Assembly: GCA_013265495.1 (NCBI GenBank)
Contig: MU057984.1
Location: 613,597-677,596 of the forward strand
Origin: Vicugna vicugna
Lineage: Eukaryota
DNA: 64,000 bases
Direction: 5' to 3'
Shown: in pieces, positions 48,209 through 62,438 of the stretch
Numbering within the stretch: the stretch's first letter is position 1
How the letters are laid out: every line of letters starts with the position of its first letter
Notes under the pieces: model-generated
Databases searched by the model: none
What the model saw: the letters and a program-made list of their open reading frames with translations, nothing else
What the model was told of the DNA's origin: nothing
Made by a program: the position numbers and the translations under genes

Positions 48209-51200
48209 CAACATAAAATGGCACAGTGACTCTGAAAAATGGTTGGAAAGCTAAAAAAGAAAAAAACCAAACATGCACTACCATATAAACTAGAAATTGA
48301 ACAACTGGATATTTATCCTAGAAAATGAAATTTTATGTGCACAAAAAAACCCCATACAATTGGTCATAGCAGCTTTGTAATGGCTGAAAACTGGAAACAA
48401 CCAAAATGTCCTGTAATAGGTGAATGTTTAAACAAACTATAGGACATTTATGCAATGGAATGAAAAGGAAAAAGCTACTTACATATGTAACAATTTGTAT
48501 GGATCTCAAGGCCACGCTGAGTGAAAAAAAATCAATTTCAAAAGGTCACATACTTTATGATTCCATTTTCACAGCATTCTCAAAATGATAAAATTATAGC
48601 AATGGAGAAAAAATAGTTGTTGCTCGGTATTAGGCATGGTTGGGCGAAGTGAGCTGGCACCACTATTAAGGGGTAGCATTAGGAAATAGTACTGAATTTT
48701 GATTGCAGTGGTAGTCACATAAATGTACACATGTGATATAATGACATGGATCTAAACAAATACTACCAAAATACTATAGTTATGTAAGTTATTACCATCG
48801 GGGAAAACTGGGTGAAGGTTACATGAAAACTCTGTACTATCTTTGCAGTTTCCTGTGAATATGTAATTATTTCAAAATAAATAGTTATATACAGTATGAT
48901 TCTACTTATATAACATGTTTGAGAGAACAAAACATAGAGATAGATAACAGATCGGTTGTTTCCATGGGTTAGAGAAGTAGGAAGGATTATATGTGACTAC
49001 AAAGTGATCATATGAGGGAGCTTCTTTGTACCAAAGGACCAATTCTGTATTTTGAATGTGGCAGGGATTATATGAATTCATACATTATAATATATAGATA
49101 TATACATGAATCTATACATATGTTGTAGAATTATATAAAAAGACATTCTTCAAACAAGAGTTGCAAGCAAAAATTGTTAAATTGCCTGTATCAATTCTAG
49201 TGTAGTTAATTTCATTGTACTAATACCAGTTTCCTTGTTTGAATAATGTACTACAGTTACATAAGATGTCACTTATGGGGAAACTGGGTGATGTGTATAC
49301 CACTGAGAAAAGCTGGGTGATGGATGAAGCTTGATGACTTCAATACTCTATATTCATTTTGCAACATCTCTGGAGTCCATTTTTAACAAATTAAAAAAAA
49401 ACTATAATAATGTGAAAAGATAAGACATAATTCTAGAAGAACTATTTTAATGAATATAACTAATAATGATTAATATCCAGAATATATAAAGATCTAAGAA
49501 TCAAATTATCTAGAAAAAAACAATCTCACAGCAAAAGATAAGCTAAAGACAAGAACCATCATTTACCAAAGAAGAAGCCTGAATGGCTAGCAAATCTGAT
49601 AGTAAGAGGTGTTGATAAGGAACATTGCTGATGGTGAGTAAATTGATACAAACAATTTTTGAGCCATTTGCCAATAACATGTTCATATGAATATATGTGA
49701 ATTTCCTAAATTCATTTTTGGATATGTATCCTAATTATTGCATATGTGCACATGGAGAAATGTATTAGAGTGTTCCTAGCAGCACTCTTTCTGATACTAA
49801 AAAAACTTGGAAACAAAGTTAAGTATCCTTCATATGGACAATGTGCTACACTTATATAATGGGATATTAATTAGAGAAAATGGATTAATCAGAGCCCCCA
49901 TACTCAACACAGACGATAGGTTTAACATAGTATCAATAGAGAAGTCAAATCCCAGAAAAACAGTGTAGAAACATTCAAAAACTAAGTATAGTTTATGGAC
50001 AGTTTCATGTATAGTAAAAGTATAAAAATACAATGGGAATATTCAACACTAAATTCAGGAAAATACTTGCCTTTGATGAAGTAGCCAGGGGAGAGGATAT
50101 AACTGGGGAGAGGTACAGAGGGCGCTTAAAAAATCTTTTAGTATTGATGACACAGGTGCTTATGAAAATATTCCGTATATGTATTTGTATCAAATATCTC
50201 ATAATAAATTGAAATAAAATAGCAAATTCATCAAGAAGTAAACTTTATACTATTAAACTAATAAAAATTAAAGTTAAAGCATTTTTTTATTTTAAAAATG
50301 TCAACACATAATAAATACTGGAGAGGGTGTGGAGAAAAGGGAAACCACCTACATTGTTGACTGGAACGTAAACTGGTGTAGTCACTATGGTAAACAGTAT
50401 GGAGGGTCCTTAAAAAACTAAAACTGGAGTTACCATATGGCCTAGCAATCCTATTCCTGGATATATATCCAGAAAAGATGAAAACTAATTCAAAAAGACC
50501 CATGTACTCTGGTGTTCACAGCAGCACTATTTACAATAGCCAAGACGTGAAAACAACACAAGTGCCCATCAGCAGACAATTGGCTCAAGAGGATGTGGTA
50601 TATATATACAATGGAATATTATTCAAACATAAAAAAGAATGAAATATTGCCATTTGGAGCAACATGGATGAACCTAGAAAATATTATGCTCAGTTAAGCA
50701 AGTCAGACAGAGAAAGACAAATATGATATCACTTATATGTGGAATCCAAATAATGATACAAATGAATCTATGAACAAAACAGAAAGAAACTCACAGAAAT
50801 AGAAAGCAAACTATGGTTACCAAAGGGGAGAGGGAAGTGAGGGAAGGATAAATTAGCAGCATGGGATTAACAGATACAAACTACTATAAATAAAATATAT
50901 AAGTAACAAGGATTTACTGTATAGCACAGGGAAATATATTCAATATCTTATAATAACCTATAGTAGAAAATAATCTAAAAAAAAATATATATATAACTGA
51001 ATCACTTTGCTGCACACATGAAACTAACACAAAAGTGTAAATCAACTATACTTCAATGAAAAAAAAAGAATCCCAGAGAATAGTCACATTTACTTAAATA
51101 TGAACAAAATATATGACCCTTCCAGGATCAATAAATCCCAAATGATGTACCAATGGGTGTTAAACATGCCAAACACTATTCTTAAATAATACAAGCACTG

Positions 51201-52550
51201 TCAGTACCAGAGGAGTTGACAAATTTCATAACCATTAAAAGTCTTCAATCAGTTGTAAATTTCAGAATTTATTTGCATTCAATTATTTTCACCAGTTCAG
51301 AAAGACAGAATGGGAAAAAGGTAATTTTCCTAGTTGTCTACTTGGTCTTTAACTATATATTAGACTACATTTTTAAACTGTAACCTTTATTAATTATAGT
51401 AGATCAAAAGCAGAAATTATTGGATTGTGGTCAAGCTTAAATTATTTGAAATCCCCAAGAATACAGTAACAATGGTCTTCTTGGTTTGTGTCTCTTGACT
51501 GTGGTGGTTATTTTCACTGAATGCTCCCTGCTAAATGGTACATATTTGATCAAATTGGAATTTTAATGGTTGGAAGTATATCCAGTCTGACTTAAATTTG
51601 AGGAAAAAAAAATGCTCACCTGCTTCCTTATTATCAGTCAAATTCTGAAGAAAACTTCTTGGGGAAAAAAACACATCTATTTCCCAGGTACTTTAGTAGT
51701 TCTGTTTCCTATATACTGATTGATAAAATGTAACTTTTGTAATAGAAGTTAACTTGTATATAATCACAGAACTATTGGGCATGCTGTCAAGACTTTGAAA
51801 GAGATCTACTTTTTCCTTCAGTTAGGATTAAAAAGGTGAAAGTGTTAAGGTTTCCAAAAAGCAAAATTCCATAAATCTAGTAGCCTATTCCGGTACTTAA
51901 AACGTCTCATTTTGAAGAAATTATTTCTGATTACCACACTAACTCTCTGATGTGTCAGATTAAGACCATTTTTTCCAAGTGAACAAATACTTTTCAAACA
52001 AATATTTATCATTTCAAATATTTCTCACTTTTTTCTGATCATAAATGTAATAACTGCACATTGTTGAAAATTTGTAATTTTTAGCTAAGTATAAAGAAAA
52101 ATACAAACTCCCATCAGATAAACACAGTTGTATTAACATGGCGGTTAATTTCTTTCTGGTCTTTTTTTGTGTTTATTACACATAGACATATATACATATG
52201 ACAAACACACTACATATACATGTTAATAATATCTATTATTTATTTAACATTTACTATGAAACAAAAATTAAGAACATGCACTTTATGTACATTTTCATAT
52301 TTAACCCTCATCATAAACTTATTTGCATTCTTGTGTTAAAAAAAAATTGAAGCACAGAAACATTTTAAAAATTGCTCAGTATTCCATAGCTATTAAGTTA
52401 CTAAGTGTTGGAATAGAGGTTCAGATCGGCACTCTTATTAGCCTGCTTGCCATACTGTAGACACATAACTACTGTATAAATACACACATACATATACACA
52501 CACACACAAATATATCACAGAAGCCTTGGCATTAATTAACTTAACAAAAC

Positions 52551-53193
52551 TGAAGATTTCACAATCTCCAGTCAGAGAGGAAGGGGGCAGGGCACAGCCA
52601 TTCAAGGAATGCCACAGCAATTAACATCAAAATGGTGAAAGATTCAACCCCCAGTGGGCCTTGAGGCTCAAGACATAAGAGATCTAGCTTCCAGCAGATC
52701 CTGAGCTTCATTATACGCCCATTGTAATATATTAACATGGTGAATAACACACCCACATGCACCAAGGCAGTCCCAAGGCTAGCCACAAAAGGACAAAGAG
52801 AGGGAAATGACCAGCTTCCTGGGAATCCCAGCCCCTTCCCCAGGCTACTTAGACTGGTCCTTCCACTTATTAGCATATGAAGCCACCAAGCCCATAAAAA
52901 ACAGCAAAAGTGCGCCTCCTGGCCATGCCTCTCTCCCCTTCTTGGGAGATGGCCCGCATTCTGTCTATGGAATGTGCACTTACTTTTAATCTAAGCACCC
53001 AACCCCCACACCTCGTGGCCTTTCTCTTGCCTTTCAATGTATCTCTGAATAAATCTACCTTCACTCAACTGTGGCTCGCTCTTGAGTTCTTTCCTGCGCG
53101 AAGCCAAGGACCCACACTTGGCAGGGCACATCCCAGAGGCTCAACCAAGACCTGGGACACAGCCCTCCTCATGTCCATCTGTTTTCCTGCATC
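52551..53193 (+). mobile_element. ERV1-type solo LTR (family source of the 34839 retrocopy)
   Basis: TGAAG...CATCA termini, cataaaaaa at about 52893, aataaa at about 53048, then U5 gagttctttcctgcgcgaagccaaggaccc. Confidence 0.8.
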
Positions 53194-54038
53194 ACCAGGA
53201 AGCCCTGAAGGTCCATGGTCCATGACATGTAATTTATAGAAATAGAACTGATGTTCTTTGTAGAGCTGGTTTCTGAGACCATATCAGTTAGGTGAACCTA
53301 AAAGACTGATTCCCACCAAGTGTGTCATGAATGTAAAGGGAAAGAAATCCAGAGCTGAGAAAGAAGCCATGAGCTGGGGACATGCAATGGGGTCTTGTAA
53401 CAAAGAGAATCCATGAAGAAAATAAATGTTAGCTACACAGAGATATATCATAAAAAGCCATCCAAATGGAAAAAATCTTCATGAGCTTTAAAATTATACA
53501 GGGAATGAATTATATTTTGTATATATAATTACAAAGTAAATCATAAATTATTTACATCTTTTGGTTAATCTAATTGATTTTTCTTTGCATACTTCTAGTT
53601 TCCAAAGACTCTGATGATTTAAATATTCTAAGTCACCCATCAGATAATAAACATGACCAGTCAACTCAAGTACTTTGTAAAAACATTTTTCTTTCTTAAT
53701 GATCATTGGAATAGATTTGGGGACAGTCTAATCACTGAAAGCCACTCATTTAAACTCAATCTCAGTGTTTTAATAATCTGCAGGATACTGAGTGCTTGTC
53801 AGCATTACTTATTACAGAATTAGCCCAGAAATTGAAAACTTGTTATTCCTGACCTTTGCTGTCACAGCATCTGGATGCTACTGTATCACAGTGTCTATTT
53901 TCTTTTTCATGTTTATCTACTTTTTGCTTTTAGTGTCAACTAAATTTATTCTCCCTTGCTTTACCTTTACTTCAGATTTCTTAAGGAAGCTATAATATAT
54001 GAAAATTTTAAATTACACTTTACGAAATAACATGATTT

Positions 54039-54522
54039 TGTCGACTGAAATAAATGTGCAGCCTAAAAGTTGAGAGTTATGTTATTTGGCGGGAGGACTC
54101 AAACCAGGATGACAGCCTCTCAGATCACTCAGAGGTAGGGGAGGAGCTAGGATATATAGGAGCTTTACAACAAAGACCAAGTAGCTGGAACAACAAAGAC
54201 CAGGTAGTTGGAACATTAAAAGATTACTTGTTAACTAAAGAAAACCAGGCATCTCAAGTTAAAGAATTTAGTGCTTTTCTATGTATGGGAGGAAGCAAAC
54301 ATTTGGGCTCACTGAATTCATTCCTTTGACAAGCACCTAGCTATCTAGGGCCAGTATCCTGTCCTTTCTTATTCTGAGTCCCCTCAGAGGGCACCACTAT
54401 GAGTGGCTGCAGAGGCCGGGCTGCAGGCTTGTCTTCCCTGGGGGGTGGCGGCAGCAGGTGATGACTTAATGGCTTCAGCATTCTTTGTTTACTGATACGG
54501 TTTGCAGTATTTTTCGTTCACA
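54039..54522 (-). mobile_element. Solo LTR with a 4-bp TSD
   Basis: attt|TGTCGACTGAAA...TTCGTTCACA|attt. Confidence 0.85.
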
Positions 54523-54603
54523 ATTTGGTGAGAAAAATGTCATTAATATGATGAATCACGGAAACAGAGACTTCTCACAACAGATCAAATTAGTTATTTC
54601 TTT

Positions 54604-55070
54604 TGTAGGGCTCCCTCTTTCTTTAACAACCCAATCCCAAGTCTCCTCCATGGATTTACTGAATTTTAACAGTTTTTCAGACATCCTGAAATCAAACAGC
54701 ACCCTGCAGTGCCCTCCCAGATACTAAAGCATTTCCTTGTCCTCCATTTCTTGTTTGTAGAAAAAAACTTTAGTCTCCTAGACCTTCCCTGAGTTCCAAA
54801 GATCAGATTCAAGCTGTTACTGATTAGGGAAGTGAGAGAATGGAGAAATAAAGAAAAAGCATTCATGAAACAATAGTTCAACGATAAAACAGAGTCCTAG
54901 TTCCTCTTCAAGGGAAATACATAACAATCTGATGCATATCTTTGAGTTGTTCTGCAGGAACTAAGGCCTCCACCCAGGTGGAGGATGGTAACTACATGCT
55001 GAGACCCCAGACTGGTCAGAACCAGAAGGCTCATGACTGAGATTCCTGTAACACTACCCTGTTACCACAC
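54604..55070 (+). mobile_element. Partial ERV1-type LTR (U3)
   Basis: Starts tgtaggg and contains aatctgatgcatatctttgagttgttctgcaggaac...ccagactgg, resembling artiodactyl LTRs. The 3' end appears to be missing. Confidence 0.5.
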
Positions 55071-55621
55071 TGTATTTTAATAAAAATATTTCCTGGAATA
55101 TAAGACAATTTAGGGTTCCTCAACAGAAAATAGTGGAATATTTATGGATTCCCTACATCAATCCATAAACAAAGGAACAGTTAGTGGTAAGGAATTTAAC
55201 AATACTCAATGTAAGAGTGACAGTAAAATGAAAAGGCACAAGATACTCTGGATTTGAACTCCATTCTGGGTTTAAATAACACGCTTCTGGCGTTAATGAT
55301 TTAGAATGTTTCTACTAGGCATAAATCACCATGAACATTCCTGGTGACAACAGAGAAGATGATCTGGCATGGATGTAGGTAAAAGTGCTGGTAATGGGCT
55401 TGTACTATTTGCACCAGGTACTGTCTTGAATACCTAATGTGCATTATCTTATCTCTATAAATCCTCTCAACAGTCTTAGGGGGCAGATATTATTATCTTT
55501 CTCAGACTTTGTTTATAATAACAAGACCTGGAAAAAAAATCACTAATTGTTTAAAGTCACACAATTAGAAAAGAGTAGGGCCAGGTTCAAGATCAATCTG
55601 CCTGAAACAGAACTATGCTCT

Positions 55622-56085
55622 TGTGAAGGAAAAGCCGGGCTGGTCTAACAAGATAACTCACAAGTCTAGGAATGTAAAGGAGAGGCTGGGCTGGCCTAAC
55701 AAGATAACTCACAAATCTAAGTATGGGGATACTGATCTGAGTTCTGCTAGACTAACTTGTAAATCTAGGTTAATTAGTGTTGGTTTGCTGTTCATGTTTT
55801 TTGCTAGCCAGCTGGGTTTTCAAAGATACATATCTGGCTTTGGAATGTTGGTTTGCTGCCTCCCCGCCTCCACTTTTGTGATGCTGCTGCTGCTAAAGCT
55901 GTTCCATGCTTATTGGCCGAATACTCCAAGCTTGTACTTTACCCTATAAAACATCATGCTCACGTCTTGGAGGTGCTCAGAGCTTCCGAGCAGAAGCCCC
56001 TCTGAGCCCGCTGGCGTAATACATCTGAGTACTCCAACCCTCCGAGTGGTGCTTGTTTCTTGGCTGGCCTGTCGTTTCCGTAACA
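55622..56085 (+). mobile_element. Young solo LTR with a 4-bp TSD, inserted in a MIR
   Basis: ctct|TGTGAAGG...CCGTAACA|ctct. Internal ~51-bp direct repeat containing agataa, ctataaaa at about 55944, and CpGs retained. Confidence 0.88.
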
Positions 56086-58275
56086 CTCTTAGTCACTGCA
56101 TGGGAATTATTAGTTTACAGAACTGTTTTGTTGCACAGATGCTTAAAATTAGAAAGAATGGATAAATCCATACAGACAATGATGAATGGAAACACTTATA
56201 ACCTTTTTTCACTTTTTCTCTCAATTTTATCATTAACTAGCATTAGTTTTAATAATTTCTAGCTGTTCTAAAAATGTGCAATTTTATATGTTCATAGTGG
56301 AAAGTAGTTTAAATAGTAGTCTTTTTTGAAAGCCAAACTATTCCCCTGGTTCACAGGAAGAAATACATTTGATTTAAATGCTCCCCAGAGGAAAGAATAA
56401 CCAATAGTTACAAAATTGACCAACTACTTCTATGGAACACTTAATAAATTCTTACAGTGATAAAAGTTTGAAGATTTATACAGAAAAAAAAGGTACTTCT
56501 GCATCCTAAGTAATGCTATAAAAAGTGAAAACAGAAGAAATTCTGGCCAATTTCTGTCTAATGCTGACTCACATATGATTCTCAGTTACCAAGTCTTGAT
56601 ATTTCAGCGTCATAAATCAAATGATAAATACCATAATACAGAGGAAGACATATCTGGAATGCACTATTTAGTTTTTATTCTTTTTATGTTCAGACCCACC
56701 CAATACTTAATGATTTCTTCTCCCCATCCCAACTCTGTATTTTACAATATTCCAAACTTACGTAAGAGTTGAAAACTAGAACAATAAACACATATACATC
56801 CATTAGTTCACCAATCAACATTCTGCCATATCTGCTTTTTCTGTTCCCTTCTCTTTCATTTTCTTTCATTTGTGATTTATTTTCTTAGTGTATTTACGTG
56901 TGTGCATGTGTGTGCGTGCACACACACACATACACACACAGGCACATAAACCACTAAATATTCAGCAGGTTTCTTCTAAGAAAAAAAAATCTTCCTATGT
57001 AACAGCACTTCCATCATTATAACCATTATAACCAAGTCACTTAAAAATTACATAACAACATTATTTAACTCAAAGTCTGTATTTAATAATCCAAATAATG
57101 TCAGGGTTCATCAGGATCACCCATTGAATTTAGTTTCCTTTAATCCAGGACAATCCCTGAGCCTTGTTTGGTCCATCACGGCACTGACAGTTTTTAAGAG
57201 TTGAGGCTAGCTGTCTGAAATCTCTGGTTGTCCCTTCATGACTAGATGAGTTTAAACTTTTCTACAAGAAAATTGTAGTATGTACTATGGTATAGTTCTC
57301 AGGGTATCTCATCAGGAAACACAGCAGGTCAGACTGCCAAGTTATTAGTGATTGTAAGTTTGGTCATCTGGTTATGGTCGTGTCCACCAGATGTCTTCAT
57401 GTTAAATCTAGCCTTCTCCCTAGGTAATTAATAACTAACCTATAGATGAGACTTTGAGACCATGTGAACATCCATTCAACCTTTCCCTCAATGATCCTGC
57501 ACATGAAGTATATATTCTGTATTTCGGTTGTATAAAGCCTTATTGAAGGGATCCTATAAGCAGCTAGGTCAGTGATTCTCAGGGCTAAAAACTACTGAGC
57601 CAGATCCCCAAACTGAAAAGTGCAGTACAAACACTAGCATCAAAGATGGGAAAGAAGCCAGATGCTTCTTATAGCAGTATAAGGAAGTAAGTGTGTAAAT
57701 TTGCTTCATATCCTACAAATACAAATTTACAGAATCAGTATATCTGCTTTCAAGTAACAGAAATTATCGCCCTTTTCAACAAACTTCATGCTATGCATGC
57801 AATGCTCTGGTTGAGAACCAAAGGAAATTAACTCCTTTACACTCCTCTGAGGGATTAAGAATAGCAATATTTCAGAAGCACATGAAAATAAGAATTATGA
57901 AGATAATTGATCTTATTCAATACAAATCAATTATTATGTTGATATTTTAATATAATGTATCCTTTTTGTATAACTTGATTTCTAAATATGTTGTACTAAT
58001 CTTTTATTGTGCCTATTTTATAAGATTTAAGTTAGTTTATCCAACAAAATCATTGGCTACTTCTGCTACACAATCTATGACAAAAACTTGTTGCTCTTGA
58101 TATAAATCAGTACATAATAAATGTCAGTGATTCACAGTTGGGATGATAGCTCTAATATCATCATTCTAAAAATATACATTTATGAGTACATTCTCACAGT
58201 CTGAATGCCTTCAATCTCCTATTAAACATAGAAAACTAGAATTATGGGATACTGCCTTTATAATTCCTATGCTTT

Positions 58276-58421
58276 TTTTTTTTTTACATTTTTATTGATT
58301 CATAATCATTTTACAGTGTTGTGTCAAATTCCAGTGTTCAGTACAATTTTTCAGTCATACATGGACATATACACACTCATTGTCACATTTTTTTCTCTGT
58401 GATTTATCATAACATTTTGTG
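58276..58421 (-). mobile_element. Very short young L1 3' end with a 17-bp TSD
   Basis: tataattcctatgcttt at 58259-58275 and 58422-58438 flanks poly(T) plus the antisense L1 terminus. Confidence 0.9.
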
Positions 58422-59053
58422 TATAATTCCTATGCTTTACAGCTCTTTCTTGTTTCTTTTATATAAATAATTAAGTAAGCAATTAAGGAATTATAAGGAA
58501 TTATTTGGATCTATTTCAGATCACAATACTTCATTAGCACCATTTCTGAATGAAATTTAAGAACTATATAAATTAGTAAATCATTTAAAAATGCTATTAT
58601 GGAAATGATAATTTACTTACTTCTATTTTATTTGTACAGGTTTTATTTTTTAATGTACTGTTCTAATGTTTGTCTAAATTTTAACCAAAATAAATATAAA
58701 GAGATACTAATATTTTCTTACAATGAGTAGTTTTTGACTGTTACAATTTTTAAGCTCATCTCAAACTCCTGTGATGGTATCATGATTCATTTTTCTCGTC
58801 AGTAATAAAGTATCAGAGTTTTTGAAATATGTGTTTATTTTTACTGAACTGAAGCAGACTCAAGTTTTCTGATAATAATGCAACTCTTGCTTGCTTGTAT
58901 TTTAATATCCTCATGATGTTATTTTGGGCTTCTATTTCCTTTTATAAAAAAATGATACTGCTGGATGCTACAATTATGAAATATCCCTGAAGCTGCAGTG
59001 GCACTTATTTATATCAATGCTAAGGCTGTCTGCATCAAACGAATTTTTAAATA

Positions 59054-59113
59054 TTGAGTTGAACCATACAAAATTGCCAACTACATAAATGGCAATTTAA
59101 TTGATTCATCTAA
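59054..59113. mobile_element. MADE2-like mariner MITE (internally shortened)
   Basis: Imperfect inverted repeat ttgagttgaaccatacaaaattgcc...ggcaatttaattgattcatctaa flanked by TA. Confidence 0.65.
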
Positions 59114-61305
59114 TACATCTGTCTCCCCAGTATAATGCACACAATGGCAGACTCACATGCACACATAAAAACCAAATCCCTTTCCCCAGGCCTAGGCATA
59201 TATTACTGCCTTAATTCTATTTTTCATTTCTCCTCATTGCTGGATTATAGGAAAGAAGTCACTATCTTTCCTATGAGGGGAAAGCAAACAAAACTATATT
59301 GTAATAGACAAAAACATAAACATAAATCACTCAAAAAATTTAAATTCACAGGAAAGAATAACCAATATAATGTAAATGATGGTTTTAAGCACAACTATTC
59401 TGAAGTTGAATGACATGATAAGTATATACAATATCCTAGAGAAGGTGTGTAAAGTCTCACCATTCATCACCCCAGTCATTAACTGAGTAATAATAACACA
59501 AATTTTATAACTGTAAGTCTTTCCCCATCATTAGTGAAGATAAGCAACCCTTATCCTTGTCTTTCCAAACTATGTTAAGGTAGAAATTTTGAAGTTTCAT
59601 TGTAAATATCTGTGATAAAGGGCTTTGTAATTACAGTATTTTATTGGTTTACAATAGCATACAAAGTACTGTGATGGCCTATTGAAAATCTTTCTGCTCT
59701 TAACTGAGGTTCTTTTCCCATATGTATTAATAAAAAACAGATTTGTGTTTAAAAAAGGAGTTCAACTGAGCATGGCTTTAGTCCATAGAAATAGGATCAG
59801 AGCAAGAGTAAGTCTCCGGGATGTGGTTTCTAGGAGCAAATCTTTAGTCTTAATATGACTTGTGTGTCTAAACTTTCTCCACAAGGCAACTCAATCAAAA
59901 ATTACACATTGACAAAACTTGAAGTGGAAATGGATATTTAACAGAGAGTTCACAACTGCTTTACTGGTACACCACAAGACTTTTAATAGGGCAAAATAAA
60001 CTCAGATATAGGAGAAGGAAAAAAAAAATGCTAGGTCAACCCTTTGGAAATGCTTTATATTACAAAATTCATTACCAACAACATTACCATCCAAAACAAA
60101 TCTTTTAATATTCATCTACTATTAAGTAAAAATGTAAAATACACTAAGTAAAAATATAAAATTAATGGAATGCTTTTGAATGACTGTGCTTGCTTCAGAG
60201 TTACTACAGAAAAGAAATTTTGTTCAGCAAGCTTTCTAAAGCAGATTATACTATCTACACTTATTAAAAATATTTCTCAGTTTATTAACTACTAGCAAAT
60301 ATTCACATGTTAAATTACACACAAAACTGTTAATGTTTATTCAAATATGTAATACTTACTATAGTGTATTTACATTAGAATAATTTATGGGACAAGTAAA
60401 TTTTAATTCTTGTACAGTAACCTATATTTATAATGACAGAGATTATGAACATGTAAGAATGCATCAATCACAAATCACTCTGTTAATGAGGAATAAAGTT
60501 GCAGGGTATTAATTTTTTCATTTATTTTCAAGAATCAAAGCAGGCTCAACCATTCCTGATGATAATGTGACCCTCAGTTATTTATCTTTCAATATCCTTT
60601 CCTAAGAGGGGGAAAAATGAGTAGAGCTATAGCTATTCTTCTAGGTACTGCAAGAACTCAGAATATATGTTATCCGTAGGCCATAAAGTCACTTTTATTT
60701 ATGCAAATTACTAATTCTATCTAATATATAGTAACTAATTTAGTTCTCTAAAATAGATTTTTGTTTTAATCTAAAATATCCTAAATCCATCGAAGTATGC
60801 TGCATATGTGAATGTCCATCATTGATTTGCATCACAGCAGAATAAGGGCAGAGAATCCATTTTTAGATCACATAAGAGATCTGTAGATATTCATCAAGCA
60901 TTAAAATATATGCCCATTTAGCAATCACTTAAATTTATATGTTATTTTCACATGAATTATCTCAGTTGCTGGATACCCAATAATTTGGTAAAATAAACCA
61001 AAAATTGTAATTTCTAAAAAGCATTGGATATCTCTCATAGAGCCTATTCTCAGTATTTTAAAACATTACCTTTAATGACTATGTACAAACATGTACCCTC
61101 TTTTCAAGAGAGTATTCCTAGAGAAAAATACTATAACCTTTTGTTAACAAAGTTTAAAATGTGGTTTCTAGGAATAAAATGTGACAAAAGGAGGAAATGC
61201 TAATCCCTAAACGTATTTATGTTTGGGCAAAATCCTATCTGTATATGCATGTATTTTATGAAGGTATATACGTACACTCTAAATTTACAAACTTTTTTTT
61301 GTGTT

Positions 61306-61492
61306 TACAAAGATATATGTAAATAACTATTGTTACCAAGAGATACAAAGGCAAAATTTAAACTTTCAGTATTCAGAAAGATACAGAGAGTACTTTAAAT
61401 ACAAAGATATATGTAAATAACTATTGTTACCAAGAGATACAAAGGCAAAATTTAAACTTTCAGTATTCAGAAAGATACAGAGAGTACTTTAA
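61306..61492. repeat. Perfect 94-bp tandem duplication of non-repeat sequence
   Basis: tacaaagatatatgtaaataac...gagagtactttaa starts at 61306 and again at 61400, with no mismatches. Confidence 0.95.
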
Positions 61493-62438
61493 CATAGTAC
61501 TAAATAGTACTGCCTTCATGCCCATAGTGTAGAAATGCGATATATGGTAGATCACTGTGGTAATGTGATCAGCCTCAAGATACCTAATAAAGTTGAGTCT
61601 AAAAATTATATGTAATCTATATGATACAATAGCTTTTCTTCTGTTTGCGTCCTTACATCTTTAATGGTTAATCCCAAAGAATTTTGAGCAGAGGCAAAAG
61701 CCATTAAAAATATCATGTTAATCAGTATCAGTATCCTGCTGGTAACCAAAAGCTAAAACTCCCACTATGATGACATAAGCTCATATGAACACAGTAAGAT
61801 CATTTTCATTAAACTATTCCTGCAAATTTTTAAAAGTCCTTTATTTTAAGGCAGCCACAATCTAGCTAAAACATAGACTAGGTAATATTTATAGGATATC
61901 TCCATTTTATCTCTTAGAAGATTTTAGAATTTTTTTTAATGAGCAAAACAAACAAAAAAAAGCCACAGCTGTGCTTAAAATACCTGATATCAAACTACTC
62001 TTTTGTATAGGCTTTTAGAAACACAATGTAATACAGACTAAAGTCAGAGCTGGCCTTACAAATTATTAAAGGAGTTCATCAATTCTGTGTCAAAATAGAA
62101 CTCCTCCCAATAGAAACCCTTATTAAAATGTATTTCCCCAACCATCCGGTCAAATGCCTGAAACCCCACCATGAAATGTGTGTTCTCATTGATTACAGCA
62201 ATGCTAAAGGCGCTTTGTTGATTATAAATTTATAGTGTGAATGTTAAATATTGATGCCTAAGCAAGGGAACAGATGTTAGAGATCAATGAGGCTGTAACA
62301 AATGACTCTGGCAGCTTGGGAAGCTAAGACATAGCCTGGCATCACTTTCAAGGGGACTATAACTACAGAGAGTGGGATTATCCGAGGATTCCTAACTATA
62401 TAGAAGTGGCTCAGAAAGGACATAAAAAAATAAAACTA

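Larger units (their letters stand above)
42495..51068 (+). mobile_element. Cluster of co-oriented L1 fragments: old ORF2 remnants interrupted by younger L1 3' ends (about 43105-43360, 44568-45078, 50290-51068) and LTRs
   Basis: ORF2-like peptides (KKSTVFLYT..., KTQSIKEKIDKLDFIKLK), repeated atggaatattactcagccataaaaa...gccatttgcagcaacatggat motifs and A-tails. Confidence 0.85.

Noticed and set aside
56100..62400. Exons of a neighbouring multi-exon gene in the AT-rich, repeat-poor stretch
   Set aside because: I could not identify any convincing ORF flanked by splice sites. Small exons cannot be excluded without alignment or RNA-seq.
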